Shown: one piece after another, positions 21,852-36,800 of the stretch
How positions within the stretch are numbered: position 1 is the stretch's first letter
How the letters are laid out: each line of letters opens with the position of its first letter
Source: Pocillopora damicornis
Taxonomy: Eukaryota
Direction: 5' to 3'
NCBI RefSeq assembly: GCF_003704095.1
Contig: NW_020844940.1
Span: 1-64,000 of the forward strand
Length of the DNA stretch: 64,000 nt
The notes under the pieces: generated by a model
Databases searched by the model: none
What the model saw: only the letters and a program-made list of their open reading frames with translations
What the model was told of the DNA's origin: nothing
Position numbers and translations under genes: made by a program

Positions 21852-24800
21852 ATGCTGTTATTAGCAGAAGCTGGGCGCACTTTGAACAAAGATTTGACGA
21901 GCCTCTTTCGGCACAACCTGCAAACTCCGCACGTTCTCGACCGGCTGGTTCACGAGCTTCACAGTGACAAAGAGCTATGCAGTTACTTGTTTTTAAATCA
22001 TCCTGGCTCAGAGGACATGCTGTGGGGGCTTATGAACCTCTTGATGGAAGATTCACGGTGAGAACGCGTTTTGTTTATGTTCAAGTGAACAGCTGAAAAT
22101 TTGAAAGGTTGTTGTGTGAAACTTTCAACACTGTTGAACAAAAGCGAAGTTGGTTTTGAATGAAGAGCTAACTATAAACAAAATTAAATCAGCAAAAACA
22201 TTTTCGAAAGGTCAGTATCAATTGCAGTAACAAACCAGCGGGTTGCGAAGGTGATGTTAATGAGTCGATTAGTTAACTATTGTCTTCATTTGTGTTGTGT
22301 TTGGGATTACACAAAAGCCTAGCGAAAACAAGATAACTGCAAGGTTATATTAACCACTAATTGAATCTTGCATTCATCTCTTAAAAAGGCACAATGTTAT
22401 GGATGATTTATTTTTGCAATAATCGTTAAAAAAACCTGCCTTCCTTAAAACTGCGGGCCGCGATCTCTTGATTCTAGGAAAAGATCACATTAAAATGAGG
22501 CAACACAAAACAGTTTAATATGCTCTCAGTGTTTTTGTTCAAAGGATTGTTAGTCTGAATTTTTTTTCGGTAAATGATAGATTGGATCATTGCAATTATT
22601 ATGCTAAGTTTAATCTCTCCTAAATATTTAGTTTTATATTTTTCATCCGCTTTTCCCGACCACAGGAAATTTTTGTGTAATTTTATATTTGAGTAATGTT
22701 TACTTTGCATGCCATTTGACGTAAGCTTTCCTAAATTATTCTCATGTTAAATTTTAAAAGTTAGATAATTAGTGATATTTCAAAGTTGAGAGAAAAACTT
22801 CATTGTCATTTTTGTGGTTTTATCTGAACATGCGTCTCTTCTCAGACTAATTTTGTGATAATTATCCTTATTGACACCCTGCTTATTTCCTCTGTTGATT
22901 ACAAATATTTCCTGTGGTGCCCATAAGTTTCTTAACGTGTTAAGAATAATTTATTTCCTGCTTGTCATGACAAGCTTGTCTTTTCTGTTTTCCGTATGGA
23001 AATTTCTTTTTGCACCTGCCACCCTTTCACTTCCAAGATCAAAATATCATTTCTCTGTACTGTCTTCCACACATTCCACATTTTATTTATCTTTTTACTA
23101 AGAATTTGTTGCTAAATCAAAAAAACATCCCAATTGATATATTTCTTCCTTCCCTTCTGCTTTATATTGTAAGGGGATTTCCTTTGAATCTCTCCTGGGA
23201 ATGAAAGAGTAAAATTTACTATCCAAATTGTTTCTTGTTTCCATGGAAACCATTTGATCCTGAAACTTTGAGACTGAATTTCCACTAGCNNNNNNNNNNN
23301 NNNNNNNNNNNNNNNNNNNNNNNNNNNNNNNNNNNNNNNNNNNNNNNNNNNNNNNNNNNNNNNNNNNNNNNNNNNNNNNNNNNNNNNNNNNNNNNNNNNN
23401 NNNNNNNNNNNNNNNNNNNNNNNNNNNNNNNNNNNNNNNNNNNNNNNNNNNNNNNNNNNNNNNNNNNNNNNNNNNNNNNNNNNNNNNNNNNNNNNNNNNN
23501 NNNNNNNNNNNNNNNNNNNNNNNNNNNNNNNNNNNNNNNNNNNNNNNNNNNNNNNNNNNNNNNNNNNNNNNNNNNNNNNNNNNNNNNNNNNNNNNNNNNN
23601 NNNNNNNNNNNNNNNNNNNNNNNNNNNNNNNNNNNNNNNNNNNNNNNNNNNNNNNNNNNNNNNNNNNNNNNNNNNNNNNNNNNNNNNNTGAGCTCTGTAA
23701 ATTTTCAGAAGACCCATAATAAATCATTGCTATTGATAACTTGAGGATGGATCACTTTTCTTATAGAACTGCTGGTAATGCATCATATGTGATTGGAACT
23801 CTGGCTGAGACAGACCTAGGTAAAAGACGAATTGTTCAGATATGCACAGACAAAGGTGACCAGGCCAAGAAAANNNNNNNNNNNNNNNNNNNNNNNNNNN
23901 NNNNNNNNNNNNNNNNNNNNNNNNNNNNNNNNNNNNNNNNNNNNNNNNNNNNNNNNNNNNNNNNNNNNNNNNNATTGGTAACTAATTTCCCCAAGGTGTA
24001 TCACCCTTGAATCAAACATTAGGGTCACTGCAAGAATATTATAATAGGAATTGATCACTACAACTAAGAAGCTCTTGATTGTTCAACAAATTCANNNNNN
24101 NNNNNNNNNNNNNNNNNNNNNNNNNNNNNNNNNNNNNNNNNNNNNNNNNNNNNNNNNNNNNNNNNNNNNNNNNNNNNNNNNNNNNNNNNNNNNNNNNNNN
24201 NNNNNNNNNNNNNNNNNNNNNNNNNNNNNNNNNNNNNNNNNNNNNNNNNNNNNNNNNNNNNNNNNNNNNNNNNNNNNNNNNNNNNNNNNNNNNNNNNNNN
24301 NNNNNNNNNNNNNNNNNNNNNNNNNNNNNNNNNNNNNNNNNNNNNNNNNNNNNNNNNNNNNNNNNNNNNNNNNNNNNNNNNNNNNNNNNNNNNNNNNNNN
24401 NNNNNNNNNNNNNNNNNNNNNNNNNNNNNNNNNNNNNNNNNNNNNNNNNNNNNNNNNNNNNNNNNNNNNNNNNNNNNNNNNNNNNNNNNNNNNNNNNNNN
24501 NNNNNNNNNNNNNNNNNNNNNNNNNNNNNNNNNNNNNNNNNNNNNNNNNNTGAAAAAATATGAAAAAGCCCCAGGAAAGGTCATTGGTCCAACCTTTTGT
24601 AATATTGTTGTTTAAGTTTAACAATGACCTTATTTAATCCACAGGTAGAGGGATGAATGCAGCATTTGCTATTGGGAGACTGTGTGACTTTGAAGCTGGA
24701 TGCAAAAGAATGTTATCTNNNNNNNNNNNNNNNNNNNNNNNNNNNNNNNNNNNNNNNNNNNNNNNNNNNNNNNNNNNNNNNNNNNNNNNNNNNNNNNNNN

Positions 24801-27800
24801 TGAGTAGGTGGAATACTTAGCGAAATGTTTTTGATAGAATTATATGTTTCTTGACTGTTACAGATGTATGTATGAGTTCTTTNNNNNNNNNNGTTTTCCA
24901 TGTGCTCATTGCAAATTCAAAGATTAATTATTTCTTATAAGTATTAGCACATATGTTAATTCCAAATCAGATGAGATTATTACACTTGTTCATTTATAAT
25001 GTTAAATATGTTGATTTCCCCTTGCTCTTTTATCCTGTTCATTTGGAAATTTAATAACTACCCTGCAGGGACATTGTTATTGCATGTGTTTCTCTAGGTA
25101 TCAAAAAACTGAGAATTCTCAGTGTGCTGTGCAGAATTCTCTGGCTAAATTTTGCTGGCTTGAGTAGTTTCTTGTTCAAATTTGGAGAATATTTTGCAGC
25201 TATTTTACAACATATTATTCTTTAATTGAAACCTTGAATTTAATTTTACTAATAAACTTATTTCTGTTATTGAATAGATCAACTCTCTCATTGACATGCT
25301 GCACTCTGCTGACTCTGGATGTTGCAAGAATGCTTGCTTTGCATTAAGCTGCATAGCATCCTTAGCTCAAGGACATCAGCGCCTGCTGAATCATGAGAAG
25401 ATTAATAGCATTGTTGACATTCTTTGCTCTCTCCTGGCTGCAACTGATGAAGAAAGCATCTGGTTTGCATCAATGTAAGTGAAGATAGCATTGCGTTGAC
25501 TGTGTTTTACTGACCATGTAAGTGATATAAGTGTACTTCTTTTGCTAGTTAGTTAGTCTGTATATTGTTGAAAGATATATTGAGCCACAAACAAAGGGGA
25601 AAAGAAAAAACAAATCAAAACAAAAGAAATATTGGCAAACTGATCCAGGTTGAATTCAAACCAACCCGGGTTTATATGGATAACTTGATGAAGAACAAAG
25701 TAATGTGTGGTAGATTGGAACAAATTGACCTGAAGAACAAACTGACGCACAGCAGGTGCATTATGTAGAAAGAGCAAAGATATAAAACCTTTAAAAAACA
25801 TTCTAACAAAAATTAACATTAATTATTAGGCATGTCTACTACATACTACCAGTAAATGAATACTGTGTTTTGAAGTTCTTTTGATAACCTATTTTGACTA
25901 GAATGATTTTAATAGGTATGTGTGTGGTTAAAACCCTCTCTTATTGGAATTCATTGTTTTCTATGCCATGTACTTACACTAACATTGCGTATTCTTCACT
26001 TTTCTGGAAAACATTAAAGGATGTTGCATACCTTTGCCAGTCAAAAAAGTGGCTGTTTGTATCTCAGGACTCAGCCCAATGTGAGGGAATCCTTAGAGGT
26101 TGGTACTCAATATGTTTTCTGTGTTAAATTTGGTCCTTCCATTGTCATGTGGGAAATAAGGTTAGATATTGGGCACTTTTGAAAAGACAAATTCACTATT
26201 CATTTAAGTAATAGACTACTACATGTTTGTTGTTGTGTTGCATGTATTAGATGGTATACAATAACATCAAGTTGCAATCTCTAATAGTGCCATTAATTTA
26301 AGGGCACTGGTTAGTTTGTCATTTTATCCTTTCATTTTCAATTCATGTAAATAGCTATTCTCCACATCACATGTCGTGCATTTCTTATAATACAAGATCT
26401 AAGAACAATGTTCCCTATCTGATATTTTCCTTTCTTATAACCTTTCTGCTAATTAACAATTAAGTTAGTGGTGTTACAAGGAGGAATCCCTTTTTGGTCA
26501 CTCATGGAGTGCTAAGATTAATTTTTTTGTTTTTACTTGGTAGGCTCTCTTAGAGAGGCCAAGTCTGAAAGAGGATACTAAGGAGGAAGTGGAAGCAACT
26601 CTGGCCATTTTAGAAAAACTTCCCCGACCTAAACCACCGAACATTAAAGGTTTGCAATAATATTGTGCATTGTAGTATGGTAGTTCTATTACCCTAACTC
26701 AACTGATGCATTTGACATTTTTAATCCTAGCATCATGCATGACACTTGTTATCTATGAACTTTGCAGCTTTCTTGCTTGTCACAGAGTTTTCCGTATCTC
26801 CATGGTAAGGTATATGAGCATGAAATCTAAAGGTCTATTAGGTTTGATTCCTATTGTGGGGGATCGACTCAGGTTTTATTTTAGGGTCCTATACACTCTT
26901 GGCAAATTAAATGCGATAGTTGGTTAGTATGGTACTTACTTCTGAAGTCTGTTTTGTGGTGGTGTCTGATTTTGGACACCAGTGTCCAATATTAGTTGCT
27001 ATGTAGTGTTCTATTTTGAGAGACTAGGGTCCAATTTTGACACTAGTGTCCTCAATCAAGCAATTGAGTCCAAACCTGAAGACCTGTGTCCAATTTTTGA
27101 CACCAGTATCCAAATTGGACAATAGTGTCCAAAATAACATACTTTACTGCAAAGTTGGAAGTGAAGAAAAGAAGGGCACTTGCATTGAGTAATCTTGAAG
27201 ATGTAGCTCAAACAAGTTATCTCAGCAACTTCTATCAATGGAGAAGAACTTCAAAAGAGGAAGTCAATGGGTGTTCATGAAATCTTTGGAAATCATACCT
27301 GATTTTTGTGTGAAATTGGTTGGGCATATTGAAAATTGGGTTAGACAATGTTCATTGACTTACAGTTATTTTTCAGCTCTAATGATGTTATAATAATATA
27401 GTTATATCAAAAGTTAAACATGGTAATGTAAAGTAGGTTGAAGTTTGGTAGAAATGATGTAAGTTGCCTTGTTTTTAACCTGCAAGTGGAGAGTGCCTAC
27501 AGTATTATTGTGAGCTGGGATCCTATTCATCCAAAAAGTGGTCTTGATGTCACATACCTTCTTTTCCAAGGTAATAAATTCATATCTGTAAAAAAATTAA
27601 GGTAGCTAAACATGATTCTCAACAAAAGATAGTGGAGGCCATTTTCATACCTCTTAGCAGTTAGAATTTGTTTTTTGTAGTGATTGCAATGTATGTCCAC
27701 CTTCTAGACTAGTTTACAGTCAAGTCGCCCAAAAGTCATCTTTCCTGAAGTCATTGGGCCCGAAACCAGAGTCATGTTACCTGAAATCCTAAGTTATGTC

Positions 27801-30800
27801 ACCGGAAATTTTATCAAGTGTTAAAACTTGAAGAAAAGTTTAATCTTAAGTAAATTGCAAGGAATAAACTTGTAAAATGTTGACTCGTGAAACTCAGGTT
27901 GTTCGTTTCGCTGTCATTTGAGAGAAAATTAAAGGGTATATAATAAACTGCTATAGGGATTAGAACCTATAGCCAAGAAACTTTGCAGGTTATATTGCAG
28001 GGTTTTGCCTGCTACTCCTGTGATCAACTCATTATAACACATCCATTAATGTTGCTTAGAATAAATAAAGAAGGAAGAAAGAGAGCAAACTGAAGACTGT
28101 TACAAAATGTTTTCCAGACCCAGGAAAAATTTGTTAGCATGCAAATGTTTATCCTAGTAATATTTTTCACAATTTAATTTAAGAAGATCCATATATCTGT
28201 TAGGTCAAAAGATCAGTCATACATATATATATATATATAATTATATATATCTCTGTTTAATGTTCATTCAATCCAGATGAGAAATTGGTTTACTCTGGTC
28301 CAAGAACAAGTTACATAGCCAATGACCTAACACCAAACACAAAGTACAGCTTCTATTTACAAGCCTCAACAGAAGGAGATGACAGTCCTCTAAGCAAGAA
28401 TGTGTCTGTTGTTACTCCTGAATCAGGTACTTCTAATCCCATTGAAACTCCTACCAGTAAACAGGTCAAGTCAACACTTGATTAGTGTGATCCTTGAGGT
28501 CTATTTCAACAAAAGCAAAGTAGTGAGCTGTCCACAGTGATGGCTCTCTTGTCTTGTGGATTAAGTTAATTAGAATTTGATTTGAATTTGAATCTAATTG
28601 ATTGTAAAGGATGGCTGAAACACCCCCAGAAAGGGCCATTGTTGATGTTAGCTAGATCTTTATCTGAGTAGGAAAAACATCGAAACTTGATTAAAAACTG
28701 AAAAATGAGAAATTCTCTGTTAGTCAAAGTCATGGAATCCTTAAACTCTAGAGACTGAGTGGGTGTATTGTCAGCGCTCCCTTTCTTTCAGATTCTCTGT
28801 TATCTTAACATCCCCTAAAAGTTGATCTTAATGGATATAATTGCATGTTCAAACCCTCTACTGTATATAAAGCCTTTTTCATAAATTAGTAGTGTGTGAG
28901 TAATAACAATTTCATTTCTTATGATGTCCTTTGTAATACACAGTTCCAAGTGCACCTCAGTCTCTCCAAGTGTTAAACAAATCTACATCACAGATAAAAA
29001 TAATGTGGGAACCACCAGAAACTTCCAATGGGGTACTTAAGGGATATCAAATTGTTGTGAGAGGTATATCTTTTAAAGTATTTTTCCATACTCAGTTGCA
29101 GTGAAAATTTGTGTCATTGACATCATATTATATTATATATTATATTATATGTATATAATTTTGATTTTGTATGTAATACCTAACAAAAATGCAGGCTTAG
29201 CAGTATAGCCATTGAAAAATCATGATAAATACAATTGATTTGCCTAACTTAACATCATGAAACAAATGATGAACTGTTTGTTTATCTAAATAAAACCATG
29301 ATGAACAACAATATTTTCTATAACAACAATGCATGTGTCAGAAGACCTTCAATCAGTCATTTGAATGAAGTGTAGGCCACAAGACATTAAAAGTAATTAT
29401 CATGTTTTTCTGTACTATTGAGGTAAGACGTCCAGTCTTGAAGTCCATGAGAATTACTTCATTTTATCCAGTTTGCCTCCTGACACTGAATTTACATTCC
29501 AGGTATGTAAAAAGATCCCACAGTCTTTGCTTACACACAGGATGGGTGCCACAAGCAACCAACCTAAGCATTTTTCTGCTTTATTTGTCTTTAAGGTGTT
29601 TGCTCTGACAAGCAAGGGACGAGGAGAAGCAGCCATTCTAACAACAGCTACTGATGATCTAGGTTGAGTAGAAAAAAAAAAATTTGAATATTGATGTCTT
29701 ATACCCAATGATATTAATTAAAAACTGATGATTGTTCAAAAACAGTAATCTAGTAAAAGAGTTACGTGGCTCAGTACTTAAATTCCTTACTTTTACACTT
29801 GTGCCAACAATATTTAGCATTCTAAACATTTTAGTAAATGATTTTATTTTTTATTTCATAGTTTGTATTGCTGCTACTCATCCTTCCTTGAGTATTATTT
29901 AATATTAACCCTTACAGTCCTAGGAAAGAGGAATTTCTCCTTACAAAGTCAGTACATTTTAAAGTACAAACTTTAAGGTAGCAAGAAGGGAAAATGTAAA
30001 CTAAGGGACTTAGTTTGCAATGAAACCAATTTCCTAGAGATCAAATTACTACAAATGTCATGGCCGACACTGCTGAAGACTGATATTTAGATATTGGGAG
30101 TGGAAGGGTAACTAATAATGTTCTGTGATCTCTGAAGCATCATGAGGAATTGAACTGTATGTCATTAATACTACATCAATTTATCTCTTGCAGCATCACA
30201 TGCTCCACCCAAGCCAGTGGTTCAGGTGCTGGGTCGTCATGAACTGATGATATCTTGGGAGAGTCCTCCCAAACCACTTGGAAGGATTAACAGCTATGAA
30301 GTCAGAGTAGATGATGTGGTATGTATGTTGTGAGAATAAACATCTTATAGTTTATTTTTACAGTTTTAACAGTGATCTAAGCTTTATATCAATGTTTGTC
30401 GAATGAACACGTTACTGTAACAGTTACTACTCTAGTGATAACCATGGTTTCTTAAAAATCACAAACTTTAAGCCTCTCAAAAAAGATATATTGTGCAAAT
30501 TAGTCATGCAGAATTCAACACCCTTGTACAGTTACCATGAAATGTTCCAAGGTCATGTTTGTAAGGTTTTGCTTTATTTTTTGTGTCAGCCTATTAGTCT
30601 TAATCTAACATGACTCTTTTTAATGATAATGCTTTTATTTTGACTAGTGCCTATGCATTCAGCAAATATATGCTTGGAGAATGTATTACTCCTTGTATGA
30701 ATCATTATCTTGCTTTAACAGGCAATTTACAATGGAGTTGAAAAGAGCTGTACTGCCAAGTCTCTCAAACCCAATACAGAATACTCAATCACAGTAAGTC

Positions 30801-33800
30801 TACACATTGGCACTCCATAAGAAAAGTTAGTTCCTATTCAATACAGCCAGTTCATGTACATAACTTTAGATTTAACCACTTTTTTTAAGTGAACAGACAG
30901 AAAAAGTGTCTATAGACAGCTTAAGTCAGGGGTGCAGAGGGTAACAGGCTGAAGGCGTGGCATATAAATAGTTGACAAATCTTGGGAAGTTAATGGCAGT
31001 GATTTGGAAAAAAATAACTCTCCTCCTCTTTTTGAGGTGTTGAATCAGTGAGTCTGTTGTCTTTTAGGTCAGTGCATGGTGCAGTGAGGGTAGGTGTGAA
31101 AGTGTCCCAACCAAGAAGAGGACAGGAAGAGAAGTATACAGTGAGATACTTCTGATCTGTTGATATTTAAAAGAGGAGTCTAGGATTGTAGACATATGCC
31201 CCAATTAAGGAACAATTACTCATGACACTGTTATAATAAGTGACAAAGTGATAAAGCCACAAACATGATAAAGTTGCAGTTGGGTGTGGATTTCATCTGA
31301 TTGGATAAGAATAGTTTAGCAAAACTGATTATTTTGGACATAAATTCAAATATTGCTCTCAACTGACACAAGCTAAGCAGTAATGTAGCAGGCCAGTATG
31401 TAGTCACTCATTTTTGTCACACCTGACAAGGCAGTAGTTGCCTGTGACATTCACTCTACAGCAATGGTCTATGATGATGAAACTACATGGTGTAAAAAAA
31501 AATAGTAATAAGTAACATTAACTCATTAACTGTATGAAGACTACAATGACTTTCCAATACAGTTAATAACCATTTCTGTTGCTGTTTCTGCCTAATTAAC
31601 AATTCCATTAATTTTCTAACCTTAAAGGGAATTTTGCCAAAATAGACTCTGAACTCAGGTATTTGTTTTTCACTCAATTAATTTTTAATAACAAACAACA
31701 AAATCTACTTGCCCCTAGATGAATAGAGAATACAACCAAACTAACTAAATATGTAATTTATTTAACTAAAAATCAGTAACACTTAGCTCTTTTACCGTTT
31801 GGGAAGACTTGCTCGTTTCTTTTCTTCATCTTGTTTTGGAAATGTTGCTGCAACAAGTGTATAGTTCCTTATTCAACTCTTAGTCATTTATACCCCAACG
31901 TCATTGTGCATATTCTCTACACAGTTATCCATACTATCCTATGGTACTGATAAGGAGAATTTGATAGACGATCCTCTTTGGTGGTCACTTCCTTTATTCT
32001 CATGACCCTAATGTTTGATTGAGTTGTGATGATGTGAGGAGAAATTACATGCTAGTCACTCTTAGGGGTGAATGTGTTAACTACTTTATTTTTACTTCTG
32101 TTTGATTAATGATTTCTTTGCACCTGCACTATGTACACGGGCTCAGTTTAGCAGTCTGTCTTCCGTGTTTTTCTTCTCTGTTATCTACTTACTCTCTAGT
32201 TGTTATTCAACAGGAGTTGTATTTGATGCCTGTCCCATTCCAAAACCGTAGCTCTTTACTATTGTCAACGAAAGTAGTACAGGCATCTCTCACCTCGCCA
32301 ATAGCATAGGAAGTACTTTTTTCTGACGTGTTAAGTTTTCATTTTCTTTCATATAATTGATGGTGGCCATAAAACTGGCAAACATATTTCCCTGTTAGGT
32401 TGGATAGGAAGGGTATTAATGGAGTGTCACTTTAAGACCAAATTCTCTCTTGGGAAACAAGAAGGTTTCAGTAACTTCGTCAAGTCATTTTGATTCCATC
32501 TAAGTCTTGCAAAACTGTCTTCACCTTGAAGGAGATTACAAAACAGTCTGGTGAGATAGAAAAACACAATTGAGGTATTGATAAATCAAGAAGAAGCAAC
32601 GATGGCTTAATTAGGATGTCGAAGATTGAGGTGGATTGTAAATGATGACTTTTGTAAATGTAAACTAGCTACTTGAATTAGAAGGTAACAGTTTGCATAT
32701 TGCACTCACACTGCACATGCACGTTTTTTAACAGACCCTTTGTGTACAGCGAAGGGCTCCACAAGGCCAAGAAATGCACGTACATCCACAAAGACAACTG
32801 CTTCAGCTGCTGCTAAAGCTTCTACCAGTAAAACAAAAGCTAAAGGTGCTGTTTATATAGCTAGCTAAATTATAAATTGAAATGTAAAATTCAAACGCAT
32901 AAAAGTAATGCGCAACAGCACTATAGATTATAAACTTGGCCGTTAGGTATTGAAAAAAAAAACTGATTTGTGCTATCATGACCAGCTCAGTAACATCGAA
33001 TAAATTTGTGCGTTTGACGATACCTTCTTTTAGATACGCCCAATTCATTATCCATGATATAAATTTCGATCTCCGTCATTGTATTACGTTCTTTAGCACA
33101 TTTCGGTGATGATGATGATGATTCTATAACAAAAGACAATTCTAATAATCTCAACCCATTTCATAGTCTCGTGGCTATAACTCATTGCTAAAAACTAATA
33201 CTGATCACCATGTACAAATTAACATTCACTTTTCAATGATATTTCCAAAGTTTGTAATTCCGAGCTGAGTGAAATATCTAATATAATAATATAACATTTT
33301 CTGAAATTACAATTTATCTTCTAAATTTCAACCTGACTGAATTGAAGATACTGTATAAATCTGAGCATGGATCAGAATAACACCAAGAGGCCGACTACAA
33401 GTTAAATGACAGTTGTGTACATAGACCACCTCGATTAGAATTACCACTCCATAGAATGCTTCAAGACAGCATGTATCTGGAAAACGTGAGCAGTTCAGGG
33501 TATTTTTCTCACAGCAAGCGCTGTCAAATGTTTTGACTAGTTTTTTAGCTAGACATTTATATATTTTTTCAGAGGTGCATTTGGTAACATAATAATTGCG
33601 GGAATACCTTCCTTATCTAAGCGCATAATTGACCAGTTTATTCGGCTGGTTCCCTAACATCAAGCCTTACTTGGTCTTGTTCCTAATTTGAAGATTTCTT
33701 TGCAGCTCCTACCAGAAAGCCTTTGTATCCATTTGAAAAGAAAACTGTACCAGTTAAGCAAGAAAAGGGTGAGGGTTTGATTTTAAGCGACATCTTGTTA

Positions 33801-36800
33801 AATTTGGTGAAATGTTTGCAACCAAATGTACTCTTATGTTAGGGTTCTGTTATTACACTTGGCTCGATGTATTTGTAGAGAACTGAGGGCGTGGCTGTTA
33901 AATTCGCACTTGCTCGCATTTAAACGGCGCTGAACCAAAATAACTTAGTAGGGAAAAAAGAAAAGAAAATTTGTACCATCTGCGATGATGGACGAACTAT
34001 GTGTGGTACGTGCTCATTTGTTTCTGCTTTGTGGGAGGTGCATTTTATGGGGTTTGGGTTTCTATTACTTTCCTTTTACAGCCATAGTCAGAAAGGATTC
34101 ATTTTACCAGAATTCCACAGTTAAAAGTTCTCTCTCATTTCTCTGAGTTATAAACAGCGGTTTTTCAGTGTTTATCAGTCTTTACTCGTCATTACTTTCT
34201 CCAGTACTAAGAAGAGCAAGGACTGCCGAAGTGCTGAGAGTTCCAACAGGAGATAGTACACTAACAGCGGACAGTAGGGAGGCAAAACTCAAGAGGAACG
34301 GGGTAAACTTATCTTGAGGTTTATTACTATGACATTAAGGAATCTGTGTCATTAAAAAATGAACGTCGAATTCATGCCGGATTCATCTACATTTGAAGCA
34401 ATTGCAGACAAAAAATTCATTCAACGTAGTTTTGATATTTTGAATTTCAGCATAAAATAGAAATCAATGGGTAGCTCGGGCAAAAAATCCCATAAACTCT
34501 AAAGTTTGTTTGTGGCTCTACTTGTATCTGGAAGTCACAGGTTCAAGCTTTGTGGAAAGCTGAATTCTTTTTTCAGACCTTACTTTCAGCTGAAATGTTA
34601 GTGATTACCTCCGCCAGTGGATCACGTTGATGACATTGCGTTTATCTTTTTTGTTTTACTCTTAGATATTAACTGAGAAGAAGACTCGTCCTCATACAAC
34701 CATAGGAAGGGAAGATGTGTTGAACAGCTCCCAGCAATCTATCAAGAAACCCACTGGTAATGACTTTATCATCATATGCTCTCTGGTAATTAGCCTTTTC
34801 ATTGCTGGCAGAAGAAAAGAAAACAATTGGCGCATCAAAGGTTTATCCTTTTACTTCAAGAAGATTATCAAAAGAATGCTAGTTTACGATGTTAAATTGT
34901 GAACAAAAAAGGACAGTGACACTTCCTTTTCTGGCGGTTATGTGGTTTTTTTTTGTGGCAGGGTTGTTGAAAGTTCCGCAAACCTTTTTTTCTTGGTCAA
35001 CGGCTCCCTGATCGTCGAAAATAAACGTAGCAAGAATACGTAACACCTTTTTCGGCACAATGAAGTAATAGTTCTTAATTGGTAGCGTTATAGTTTCATT
35101 ATTTTGTGCCTTTACATTCCGTTTCTATCTTATTGCCTAGCATCGCAGTTTCGGATTTCACTCGGAAATATTTTGCACTGGAGTGGTATCAAAGAACATC
35201 TGAGATGTGATTCTTTTAGTCACAAACTTGGGAAAAAGGAAAACATCTGAGTGAGGGAAAATCTGAATCCCAGTTAGGAGTCAAACCCTAGACCTTCGAA
35301 TTTCTAAATTTCGTGATCTGAATTGCTCTACTACTGTGCTATAGAAAACTTTATATTAAGTTGGCCACATACTAGGTTCATGTGTAACCAAGCTGTACAT
35401 GTGTCTCTTGTTAGGGCGTAAAACAACCAAGCCTCAGTCGCCTAGTCTGTCGCAGTCACTCGAGTCCTTGGGGAAGGATAGTGACGATTCAAAGGTAGTA
35501 ATGCTATCTTTTTGAGGAAGTTATTTCGTATTGCGTAGTCTGAGATCGAAGGCTTATTAACACCTCCGATATTGTGTTTTTGGAAGGAAGAGGGGGATTT
35601 TGAATGATTGTCCGTGGATTTAGAATCCTACGGCAACGTTTGTGAGAAAATTTTTAGCGGTTATTCAGCATTTCAAGAAGCTAGCTGGCTTTTTATGTCA
35701 CCTTGAGCTCCTATTCGCCCCTCGTGATAATTTTTTTGCTCAGATTGGCCGCTCTGGCTATGTTGTTTTCGGTTTTGCGACATTTAAATGCCATATGGAA
35801 AGATAGTTTATATGATATGCTTATTTTAATTTCATCCAGAGTACAAGCCATTCATTAAGTGGCTCCAGCTCAGCTTCATCAGCCAGTTGTGAAGTGAAGG
35901 ACAGGAGAGCTGTGAGTGATGCTGCTCAAATAGAAATTGGAAAAAAACTGACTAAACGTAATTCTCAGCTTGGAGGCTCGGCATCCTCGTTAACAAAAGA
36001 AAGGGCTGGAAAAGGTCAGTGCTGGCCTTATACTTTGGATAATGCATCTCTGTTCTCGCGCTGAACACTGTTCTCCTCGCTTGAAATTTAAGGGGGTACT
36101 GCACATTTGATTTATCATTAAAAAAAAAGTGGATCAAGTCAGTATCTGAGCAACTGCGCACCCTCCCCCCCTTCGACAACAGTCAACTGAGAACAACTCA
36201 GGGTGAACTCAGAGTTAATGTTGGGTTGGTAAAGGGGAGGCAGGTAGGTGCACAGTTGCCCGTATACTGACATTGATCCATTCGTGTAAATTTCCAAGTG
36301 AGTGTTTTTGTAAGTTGAGGGCAATGTCGTGAAGTGGCTCAATTAGTTAAAAATGAAAAATTCCATGATTATGTCGTGACTCAACAGTGTATCACTGAGC
36401 TTTACACAGTCATAGTCCCCTAAGTTTTTTTCCCGCTAAAATTAAGTCGTCAACTTATGTGTCCTATGTGACGAGTGAAATTTGGGGATCATTGTGTTAT
36501 GGGAAGAACTGTTAAGTAATCTTAAGCTTATTCATTCTACAAGTTGATTTCTCTTGGTTTTTGCTTGCTTTTCTTTTCAGGTCCAATAATGATGAGAAGG
36601 TCAAGTCTTCCGGGGAGCGGAGGGGTATCTGGTAAAAGATCCTCTTCTAGATCCACTACAGTTAAAACACCACAAATAACAATTGGAGAAGATTCTCCTT
36701 CGGCTTCTAAGGACAGACAAAGGTACATCAAACTAACAGACTCTGGGACTGTTCGTGCAAATCAGTCGAACATGTATATTGATTAGCAAGGTCTTTGTCA

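Noticed and set aside
26971-27134. CRISPR-like palindromic repeats
   Set aside because: Eukaryotic intron, irregular spacing, degenerate units and no cas genes.
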